This document shows, in pieces, positions 26,747 to 37,296 of a DNA stretch of 64,000 nucleotides (positions are counted from its first letter, which is position 1; the number at the start of each line of letters is the position of its first letter). The notes under the pieces were generated by a model. The model did no database searches, was not told the origin of the DNA, and was given only the letters and a program-made list of their open reading frames with translations. The position numbers and the translations under genes are program-made. This stretch comes from Mytilus californianus (lineage: Eukaryota): assembly GCF_021869535.1 (NCBI RefSeq), contig NW_026262637.1, positions 31,186,001 to 31,250,000 on the forward strand. Direction: 5' to 3'.

Positions 26747-26993
26747 CAGCACGTTCTGCTGTTGTTACAACAATATATCTTCTTGTTCCCCAACCTCCAT
26801 CTGGAGAAGAAAACCCTCTTGTATCAGCTGCAACGGCTTTCAACACCCCTCCTACATGGTACCTCAAACCCACTGCTGAAGGAAACTGTGATTTGAGTGT
26901 CTCCCTCTCCAAAACATCTTCTTTAAGTGGCAATAAGACCTCAGCATCATAACAAAGTTCACTATGTGAAACCTTTATATGACCTGACATCAT
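26747..26993 (-). CDS. First coding exon: TDP-43 N-terminal (ubiquitin/DIX-like) domain
   Basis: TLKSQFPSAVGLRY...SSPDGGWGTRRYIV parallels human TDP-43 TVTAQFPGACGLRY...HAPDAGWGNLVYVV. Acceptor at 27002-27001, donor at 26746-26745. Confidence 0.8.
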
Positions 26994-27419
26994 ATAAACC
27001 TAAAAACAGAAATATGGAAACCAATTATTGATCAGAGTCTGAATCGTTCACCTAAAATATCATGACAATTGCCACCAAATATTTGAAATTTGGGAACACA
27101 ACTGGACTATTTTAACTCACTTGTGCATATAATTCTGGTTTCCATTGGCATTGATTTTGAATATTTTTTCTAATACATGTATATCCCTATCCTCTCCTCT
27201 CTATTTATATTTCACAGGCACTTGGGTTCCCAGCCAGATATACAGGGAAGTAAGAATAGTCCATTTTTATAAAAATTAGCAACCATGGGCCTGTGTTACA
27301 ATGTATCTGAGTGCCCAAGAAACCCATAATGGCATTTATAACAAGAAGTAATTGTAACAAGATGCTGTTACGAAGTCTCCCAAACAAAGCTCCCTTAATT
27401 TGCAATTCCTATGGTCACA

Positions 27420-28060
27420 AATTCATTTGATTTGTTTTATTGTCCCATACAAGAACATATATATGGTCTAGGGACAAAGATCTTGATCGTTTACAATTTA
27501 TCAAACATGAGGGGGTGGGGGTGACCCTTACGGACTGCACCTATATTTCATTTGAATTGCGTTGTTATCCCATGCGATATGCAAGAATATGGTTAAGGGG
27601 TGGGGATCTTGACCATTTACAATTTATCAAACATAAGGGGATGGGGGTGCTCCCCATAGACATCCCCTACATGTAATATTTCGTTTTATTTGTTTTATTG
27701 TCACATACAAGAATAAATGGTTTACCGTTTAGGGTGGGGATCTCAACCATTTAAAATATGTTCAAACATGATGGGGTAGGGGTGACCCCGATGGACTCTC
27801 CCTATTTTTCATTTGATGTGTTTGTCCCATACAAGAATATATATGATATAGGGGTGGGGATCTTGACCGTTTACAAGTTTGCAAACTAGAGGGGGTGGGA
27901 ATGACACACACCCCCAACTTCCCTTTAATTTCATTTGTTTAACTGTCCCAAACTAAAGTATATATGGTTTAGGGGTGGGGATCTGAACCATTTACAAGAT
28001 AATAGCACATTCTCAAATTGAAGGGGGTGGAGTGACCCAGGGACTCACCTTTAGTTTTAT
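27420..28060. repeat. Degenerate tandem repeat with GGGGTGGGG motifs
   Basis: TGTCCCATACAAG...AGGGGTGGGGATCTTGACC units recur about five times. Confidence 0.65.
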
Positions 28061-28507
28061 TATCCTGTGATCATTTTTGAAGACTATGTGTCTTTCACTT
28101 GCTGTTTTCAAGTTATAGATATAGGAAGTCATGTTGTGTGAATGCCAAAGAGACAACTCTCAATCCAAATAACAATTTATAAAAGTAAATAACCAGTATA
28201 ATAATACTAATTATAGGTCAATGTACGGCCTTCAACATTATAGTCATTTAAAATTAAAAAAAAAATAAAAACCCATAGGGTTCTGTAGTAAAACTGTCCC
28301 TTCCTTATGCCTCCCCAAAATACCCCTTAATAAACCCCGATACTGCATGCACAAACGAAAGGTTGATGGCTCCCCTAATCATATTAATTAGTCTAACATT
28401 TTATGAACCCTAAGTATATCTGACAAGCAGTTTTGGAGAACAAGTTTATTTTTCAAAACGTATCGGAAGAAAAAGAAAAATAATAATAAAAGTAATATGA
28501 ACAGAGC

Positions 28508-29885
28508 AACAAGAGTGCACACACTGAAATGTCTCGCCTTCTTTACTAATCATTTATATTATGTTGATAGTCCTAAATATAAAGCTTTATTACAACTGTC
28601 ACATAAACTTAACATTAACCAAGTAAACTAAACATTGACCAATGAACCATGAAAATGAGGTCAAGGTCTGATGAACCATGCTAGGCAGGCATTTACAGCT
28701 AACAATTCTTCCATACAACAAATATAGTTGACCTATTGTTTATAGTTTAAGAAAAACAGACCAAAACACAAAAACTTAACACTGAGCAATGAACCTTGAA
28801 AATGAGGTCAAGGTCAAATAAAACCTGCCTGACTGACATATAGATCATAAAATATTTCCATACACCAAATATAGTTGAACTATTGCATATAGTATTAGAA
28901 AAAAAGACCAAAACTCAAAAACTTAACTTTGACCACTGATCCATGAAAATGAGGTCAAGGTCAGATGACACCTGCCAGCCAGACATGTACACCTTACAAT
29001 CATTCCATACACCAAATATAGTAGACCTATTGCATACAGTATAAGAAAAACAGACCAAAACACCAAAACTTAACACTGAACAATGAACCTTGAAAATGAG
29101 GTCAAGGATAAATAAAACCTGTGTGACTGACATATAGATCATAAAATATTTCCATACACCAAATATAGTTGAACTATTGCATATAGTATTAGAAAAAAAG
29201 ACCAAAACTCAAAAACTTAACTTTGACCACTGAACCATGAAAATGAGGTCAAGGTCAGATGACACCTGCCAGCTAGACATGTACACCTTACAATCATTCC
29301 ATACACCATTTATAGTTGACCTATTGCATATAGTATTAGAAAAAAAGACCAAAACTCAAAAACTTAACTTTGACCACTGAACCATGAAAATGAGGTCAAG
29401 GTCAGATGACACCTACCAGTTGGACATGTACACCTTACAATCATTCCATATACCAAATATAGTAGACCTAATGCTTATAGTATCTGATATATGGACTTGA
29501 CCATGAAAACTTAACCTGGTTCACTGATCCATGAAATGAGGTCGAGGTCAAATGAAAATTGTCTGACGGGCATGAGGACCTTGCAAGGTACGCACTTACT
29601 AAATATAGTTATCCTATTACTCATAATAAGAAAGAAATTAACATTACAAAAAATGTTGACTTTTTTTTCAAGTAGTCACTGAACCATGAAAATGAGGTCA
29701 AGGACATTGGACATATGACAGACGGAAACTTCGTAACATAAGGCATCTATATACAAAGTATGAAGCATCCAGGTCTTTTAGCTTCTAAAATATAAAGCTT
29801 TTAAGAAGTTAGCTAACGCCGCCGCCGCCGGATCACTATCCCTATGTCGAGCTTTCTGCGACAAAAGTCGCAGGCTCGACAAAAA
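28508..29885 (+). mobile_element. HINE-like family A, third copy
   Basis: Same 5' end, subunits and 3' hairpin as 12927-14743, with fewer internal units. Confidence 0.75.
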
Positions 29886-31434
29886 CAATTAGTTTGGGAG
29901 ACTAAATAATAAGAACAGTCTTTGCAACATTCCTGTGGAGTGCAGTGTGTTGAACCTTCTATCAGTAGATACATTTTGTACATTGAAGGACCAATATGGA
30001 TACACTTTTAGTATTTGACATATTGCAGAGAATGGTGGGTTGACTCAGTCCCACAAAGCATATTTGACACACAAAAAAGGTTTGGATAATCTATAAATAT
30101 GCTTGGATATATAATCTATTGATAACCTGATCGACTACTTTTCAAATTGACAAAAGACTTCAGACCAGAAATAGAGTCAAACTCCTACCTGAAGATCTAT
30201 TCAAAAAGTGTTTGTTTGTGCAACCCGACTTGATTAAATAGTCATAATGAATTTAATTCATTGAAATGTAACATGCTATCATAGATACTTAATTTCCCAT
30301 TCATTGTGTCACAAAAAAGGGTTAAAATGGAATCAACTTGGAGACAATTTGACTGAACAGAATGGAGTGTGAGCCATACGTGTTCATTTTTATCAATGGA
30401 GATCACTAAAACTTGTTATAGAGCCAAGGGATATTTGTGTTTTAAATATACAAAATCTAGAGCACTTGCAAGTAAGAAATTGATATTTTCAGTCATATAA
30501 AAGACCATAACTCTTACTCTATATATATGACAAATCTGGCTGACACTCAAGCCTGTCTATGAATTAATGGATATTAAGCTGCATGCTTTTAAATTTCATG
30601 AATCAATCAACAAACAAATTGTAGAATCCTTATATAAGTGAATTAAGAGCTGTGATATAAGTACATGATAAGCCCATTGCCCCTTTAGCTTGTCTTTATG
30701 CTTTAAATGATTTTTTTTTACATTAATTAAGCGGTTAGATTTCTCATTTAAATTGTTTGACAGCTGTCAATAGGGATCTTACATCAATAGATATAAACAA
30801 TTCACCAAAGTTTCATGAAAGTTGGTGAAAGTGTTTTAGGGTTATTATTGTTCCACCCTTTTTTAAGTATAAAAGTTCATTACTGGAAAACGTATAATCT
30901 GAAATTTATAAAAATTGGAAGGTACCTTAAGCATCTTAAGCCAACAGATATAACATGTATACACAATTCACCAAAATTTTGTGAAAGTGTTTATGAGTGA
31001 TTGTCCGGAAACTGGAAAATTCCACCTTTTTTAGGCATAAAAATTCATGACACAGAAACATAAACTGTGAAATTTTAAAAAAATCGAAAAAGTCACATAT
31101 ACAGTATGTCAATAGATATAAACAATTCACCAAAGTTACAGACAACGGTATACAATAAAATGTCCGGTATTAGACAGGCGTATAAAAATGACACTTTTCT
31201 GTCAAACAAAGAGCCATAAATCCTGTTCTTGGGCTTATGCATTTTAAGCAAAAGTATCCATACCGAGGTGCCATAAAGAGAGAAAATCAATGGATGGAGA
31301 ACAAAACAACAAGATGGTGACACATTCAACATACAATTTGGAATATTTACTTGTATATTAAAGGACTAATTCCCCCTCCCCTTCCCCATTTTCCTAATGT
31401 AAATATAAATTTAATCCATTCAAAAAATAAAACA

Positions 31435-32268
31435 AGTGAAACTACAAGCTACTGCTCACTGATGATACCCCCGCCGCAAGTGGATAATATTAATAGTGTA
31501 AAAATATGCAAGTGTTCGGTAAACAGGAAGTTGTTGAGTGATGAATCTGAAAACACATCACACAGTATAGCTGACTTATATAAACCCTGAAACCAAATTT
31601 CAGAAATCCTTGTATTGAAGTTCCTGAAAAAATGTGAAGAAAACTTTCAACTTGGCTATCATGTTTAAAATCATACAAGTGTTAGGTAAACAGGAAGTTG
31701 TTGAGTGATGAATCTGAAAACACATCACACGGTATAGCTGACTTATCATGCTTATACATGTTATATAAACCCTGAAATCAAATTTCAGAAATCATTGTAT
31801 TGTAGTTCCTGAAAAAATGTGATGAAAATTTTCAACTTGGCTATCATGTGTAAAATCATACAAGTGTTCGGTAAACAGGAAGTTGTTGAGTGATGAATCT
31901 GAAAACACATCACACGGTATAGCTGACTTATCATGCTTATACATGTTATATAAACCCTGAAACCAAATTTCAGAAATCATTGTATTGTAGTTCCTGAAAA
32001 AATGTGATGAAAATTTTCAACTTGGCTATCATGTGTAAAATCATACAAGTGTTCGGTAAACAGGAAGTTGTTGAGTGATGAATCTGAAAACACATCACAC
32101 GGTATAGCTGAATTACATAAACCCTGAAACCAAATTTCAGAAATCATTGTATTGTAGTTCCTGAGTAAAAATGCAAAAATATTCATGGGACGGACTGATG
32201 GAAAGATGGATGGACAGACAGAGTTAAAACAGTATACCCCCCCCCCTTTTTTTAAAGCGGGGTATAAT
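31435..32268 (+). mobile_element. Non-autonomous repeat with 167-185-bp internal tandem units
   Basis: CAAGTGTTCGGTAAACAGGAAG recurs at 31509, 31676, 31861 and 32046. Ends in CCCC..TTTT..GCGGGGTATAAT and abuts the inner edge of the right TIR. Confidence 0.7.
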
Positions 32269-33414
32269 CCTAGTCAGTGCTAACAAGTTGGAAACGACAA
32301 ATTTTCAATCATATAAAGGGCAATTTCTCCTTGAAATAAAAGTGAATCTGGCTGAAATTCGAAATTGTCCTATGAGAGGCTATGAATATATATATAGCTC
32401 TCATTATGTGTATAAATATGAACAAAATATGCTGACAAATAAAAGTTCTAGAGAGCTAAGAATTCCTGAAGAAAAATATGTTTTGAAATATGCAAAGACA
32501 TATAGTAATTATTAACCACAGTGGGATGTGGAAAAAAAATCTACTTCAGGGATTCAGAGATGGGAACTAGAACACATTCCAATTTTTCCATAAACGGCCA
32601 TTGTGGTGCATATTTCGGCACTTTTTTACATTGGTTATTAGATGTACCGCAACTCTTTCCAACAAGTGTTTCCATCTGATGAACCTGCTGTCAATTTCCA
32701 GTTCTGGTTTACGGATTTTTTATAAACAAAGCGAGTACTTTGTGGCAAATAAACCAAGATTTCTATAGAAAATCCACAGCCTTCAATACAGAGATTTTTG
32801 TTATAAAATTTCAAACATAGATTACTCACTTGCTTTTCTAAAATGTGCTTGTGTTTATTAATTGTTTACAAAAAAATATAAGCAACCTGTAAATTCCCAA
32901 ACATCTGGTGCTGAGCCAGTCAAGTGCACCCTAAAAGGTGTACTTAATTTGAGCTAAATTCTTATTTGTTTTAACCATTATTATAACTAAAGTAATAAAC
33001 TTGTTTTGAGAAAATTTCAATGCTCGCAATAATCCTATATCTATCAGTCATTAAATTGCCTTATTTGAGGGAACAAGGATAAATAGAAAAGGCTGTGGAT
33101 GTTCTAGTCTAAATAATATTATGACGTCTGGCAAGGCTATTTTGGTCGCAGGAAGGCGTCCAAGAAAAAAATCAAAATAGCCTTGCCAGACGTCATAATT
33201 ATTTGGACTATGGATTTTCTATAAACTTTCCATATGTTTAGTATTGAATCAACACAAGGGTACATAATCCTAACAGTAACACTAACAGTAACAGCCTGCA
33301 ATGCCGGACTCGCATGAACGCAAGATTTAGTTAGTGGGGCGACGCGTTTTTTTAATTCTTGGTCATGCATTCGTGTTGAGAAAGAAAGGGGGGAATGCAA
33401 ACAGTTACACAAAG

Positions 33415-33546
33415 CGTTACCTTCTCATATATCTATCAACAGCTAATCAAACGTACAACTTCAACATGTGAGTCAAGCAGGGGCTGCCATTTTCGACTAT
33501 ATCGACCAATCACAAACGTTGTTGCAAATTTGACCTTGTGACGTCA
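33415..33546 (-). promoter_or_regulatory. Mirror copy of the putative promoter/first-exon donor in the right TIR
   Basis: Same motif cluster on the minus strand, pointing toward the TDP-43N-HECT gene. Confidence 0.45.
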
Positions 33547-33564
33547 AACAATTTCCCATAATGC

Positions 33565-33990
33565 AATTATTGCATATAAATAAAAATTATTGCATATAAA
33601 TAAAAATTATTGCATATAAATAAAAAAACGACAATTATACCAATTGAATGAAAAATATTGCAGTACAATGACAAGTTATACAAATTGAATAAAAAATATT
33701 GCATTTGAATGACAAATTATACCATTTGAATAAAAAATTATACCATTTGAATGAAAAATTATACCATTTGAATAAAAAATATTGCATTTAAATGAAAAAA
33801 TATACCATATAAATGAAAAATTATACCATTAAAATAAAAAATATTGCATATAAATGAAAAAATATACCATTTAAATGAAAAAATATACCATACAAATGAA
33901 AAAATGTTGCATATAAATAAAAAAATATTGCATATAAATGAAAAAATATACCAATTAAATGAAAAATATTGCATTTAAATGAAAAATATC
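33565..33990. repeat. Subterminal ~20-bp tandem array (ATTGCATATAAATAAAAATT and ATACCATTTGAATGAAAAAT variants)
   Basis: About 20 degenerate units. The first three are mirrored at 1-62. Confidence 0.9.
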
Positions 33991-34659
33991 AAATTTTTGC
34001 AACCAATACCATGCCATAAATGATTAAAATAAATCACTTGCTATCTATATAATTATATCAATTGTCTCCTTACAAATATCCTAAATGAATGTTTGACATT
34101 TACAAAGGTTGTTTGCCAAATTCAGATAACTTCGAACACAATGTTTTTCTTCATATACAGGGTGCATTGAGAACAACAGTTTACTTGTTTTGATATGACT
34201 TTGCTGTATTATGTATATACGTCTGATGTAAAATGAAAATATAGTATGCAGTGCATTAATAATGTTATTTGCTAGCAATAAAATAATTAGAGTATTTCGC
34301 ATTTTCTTACTTGTTCAAAAGGTGAACATCAATTGGATGTATTGTTTTCACACTTCATTCCCTTCTTTATTTATCATCCATCTGTGAATTCTTTTATTTC
34401 ATCCGATGAAGAAATATTCCTTTACTTTCGGTTTTTATTCACTGTGGCTTTGACAGTGTGACATAAATAACCAAGGTAGTTAAAAAAAAATTTAATTGAC
34501 TAAAGATCTTTAAAATATGGAATTGTGATTTGATTTTTTTTTTTGTTTTAATTTAATGGGCCCAGATAAGCACAAAACAGTATTCTAAAGATCCGATGAA
34601 TATTCAAAACCAATTATAGAATTTAACAGACTTTACTCATATACATATCGAAAGTAATA

Positions 34660-35820
34660 CGTTTCGCTTGTGCATGTTCACACGTTAAGGACTTCGTTAA
34701 CAGGAGTTTGCTTCTTACACAAAAACTTCCATAACAGAGTTATATGGCAGAACAATCGAAACCGACACTACATAAGTTTTATGGCACCGTTACGAATTGG
34801 TTTATCGATACGATGAGTATGTGTCTCAACTCACTACTGACATATTGATTAGGCAGGTTTTTTTTGGAAAAAAAAAGACATTCTGGGTAACTAGATTTAT
34901 TGTTATGATATTTAGAGTTAAGTCATTTTGTTCAGCCTTATTGTCTACCTCATAACCGTTCACCACTCATAACCGTTCACCAGCTGAAAAATATGTCAAA
35001 GTTGACAACTGTGATGTTTTTGTTAATTTTTACAGGTGAAACAAGTTAGACAATGTGGACTAGTTGTTGTAGTGCCCGCTTATCTTTGTTTTGCATCTTT
35101 CTTTTCAGAGAAGTCCGGTGTAATTGGTGGTTGGTGCAGTTATATGCTATCTACTAATTTTTGTTTTGTTATATATCATTTATGCAAAATATGGAGACAG
35201 TTGTAAAAATTGAAATAAAATGATTAATGGATTAGGTTTTGAATTTGTAGTACGACACCTTTTAACCAAAATCAAATACCAAAATAAAAAGATAAGTGCA
35301 TTCTATTTAATAAAGGCAAAGTTTAAGACAACGATAAACTAAGAATAAAAAATATATAATCATTTCAAAATTATATGAAAAAAATATTTCTACTGATGAT
35401 GACCTGTAACTTCAGCGAGTGTTTGCATCTTATATACCAGTGAACTTGTGATTAATTAAGGAAACAACCAAAACTAGATGGTTTGTTTCATATCTTGATT
35501 TTTTTCTTCGATATTGACACAGATGGACGACTTCAAACTAGAATCTATGACAAATATGATAATTTTGGCTTTGCAATTGTCAACTTTCCATTTCTCAGAA
35601 TCTAGTAGCAATACCATCCTCTCTATTTCAATTGAACGTTACGCTCTCGTGCATGTTCATACTATGGACTTGATAAGAAATGGTGTGCTCCTTGTACAAA
35701 AACTGCTCCAACCAAGTTATAAGGAAGAACATCTAAAATCGACAGTACATAAATAGTACGACCACCATCACAAATTGGTTGACCGATACAATTTGTCAGT
35801 GTCTTAACTCACTAGCAACA
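34660..35820 (+). pseudogene. Two decayed 3' fragments of a Penelope-like retroelement ORF (34660-34850 and 35540-35820)
   Basis: Remnants such as IVNFPFL, RYAL..., LLVQKLLQPSYKEEHLKSTVHK resemble the post-RT C-terminal region of abundant bivalve RT elements. Many stops and frameshifts. Confidence 0.45.
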
Positions 35821-37296
35821 TTTTTTCATAGTCTAATATCTTTAGATAGCAGAATAGCCGTGTAATCTGTAATTTTACCGAGTGTTTCCTATTCCCGATT
35901 GAGGCATTTTGATTGAGTGTGGAAGATACATGCATGAAAGGAGACGCTGTATCCTGTCGTCGTACTTTTCTTTCAGTTTTGTTTGTTTCCTTGATGTACC
36001 TTCTTAATCGATTTATGAGATAAAAATATCGGTACAGTAGTGTTGCCTTAATTCTTAATTCTGTTAATCCCTGAAATATGCGTAGGCAAATGCATATAAA
36101 ACAAATCAGTAATTGGATATTCCATTTCGCGAGGCGGTGAAAAATTTAGATGAATAACTCAGAACTGAACAAACCAAAACGTCAAATGAAATAAAAAATG
36201 ATAAGTACATATATTCATACTTTTAAGGGATTCATGAGTGATCATTCTTTTACAATAAATAAACCAATTGAAAACAACCGAGGAATTGTATGAACTCCAA
36301 TATAAGCGAGACAGGATTTGTCGAAAGGGTAAGCGGATTAATGTCAAAATAGGTAAGATATGACAGTTCTAAGTTTTTTATGAAACTTTTTGAAACACGG
36401 ACTTGAAATATAATTTTATAATTAAAGCAAATTCCTTAGAAAAATTGAGAAACCTTAAACACAATGTATTTTAGTTTTGGTAAGATATAATTGTTCTCAA
36501 AGTATTTACGTACGTTTACGCATGGTAATTACCGATTGTTTATCTTCATGTGTATGTTGACATGAATTATCATTGGTATGGTCATAATTATGAATTAACT
36601 GTTAACAAAACTTGGAATTTTTCGAATTACTCAGGATTTTCTATCCCAAGATTAGATTATCTTTGACAAAACCTTTTGGATATTTTGGTATCTCAATGCT
36701 CTTTAAATGTTTACAAATGTTTAAAATGATATAATTTCCGGTGTAAAATGACAGTTAGCGGAAACGATGTCAACTTCACAATAATAGATTATTTATGTTT
36801 CTCTACATGCAAATGGGATGGTCTCATTTCTGTATCATTAAATGAGGATAATCAATTTGTGATTCGCAACAACAGGACAAAGTACTATTAAAAAAATGAC
36901 ATTAAAGCATATATGAATTTTCGTTCAATATAGTATTATAAAAAAAGTAACACCACTCCCTCCCCCTTTACCAGAACAAACAAAATAAGAAAAAACAAAA
37001 AACAAAAAAACAATAGCGATCGAGCCTATCAAACTTTATCGGAGTCTTCATTTAAAATATTAATTCAACTCGATATTGCACAGATAAATAGATCGATAAG
37101 CCATTCGATGTAGTTTTTATTCTTATCACTATTCAGTATATACATGTATTATATTTGTTAAATAACAAGAACATTTCAAGTTTTTAAACTTTATCAAATA
37201 TAAATAGGTTGACCTCAATACATAAAATACCCGGATGGAAAAAAGGTAACGGGAAAGTAAATTCTGGTCTGATTTTAATACTGGACAATTGTCAGT

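Larger units (their letters stand above)
8884..26993 (-). pseudogene. Multi-exon gene: TDP-43 N-terminal-like domain + linker + G2E3-like HECT E3 ubiquitin ligase (disrupted copy)
   Basis: Hand-spliced GT-AG exons: 27000-26747, 26124-25643, 23814-23716, 18155-18052, 16764-16681, 15378-15076, 11706-11531, then 9125-8884. Phases are compatible through 11531 once a +1 frameshift at the T4 run 15093-15096 is corrected (restores KNLAYSTS|ALEDNLY). The phase 0 to phase 1 mismatch before the last exon indicates missing middle HECT exon(s). Confidence 0.75.
1..34018. mobile_element. Candidate giant TIR DNA transposon (IS3-like/IS3EU-type DDE integrase plus TDP-43N-HECT cargo gene); left end lies upstream of the window
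   Basis: Positions 1-1281 are the reverse complement of 32270-33628 (identical 91-aa ORFs at 217..492+ and 33137..33412-). The repeats enclose a DDE integrase and a convergent multi-exon gene. The right end at 34018 is inferred from where the subterminal 20-bp array stops (...ACCATGCCATA). Confidence 0.8.
32270..34018 (-). repeat. Right long terminal inverted repeat
   Basis: 32270-33628 is directly matched to the left copy, with an extra ~77 bp at 32291-32367. 33629-34018 continues the same degenerate 20-bp array and is inferred to belong to the TIR. Confidence 0.9.

Noticed and set aside
32270-33628. Inverted repeat as a pure assembly artefact
   Set aside because: The copies differ by substitutions and a ~77-bp indel and bracket a coherent integrase/cargo unit. 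An artefact is not formally excluded without reads.
33759-33974. 71-aa F/I-rich ORF
   Set aside because: It is a translation of the 20-bp tandem array.
1-34018. Polinton/Maverick, endogenous virus or LTR retrotransposon interpretation
   Set aside because: No protein-primed polymerase, packaging ATPase, capsid, protease, gag or RT was seen, and the terminal repeats are inverted, not direct.
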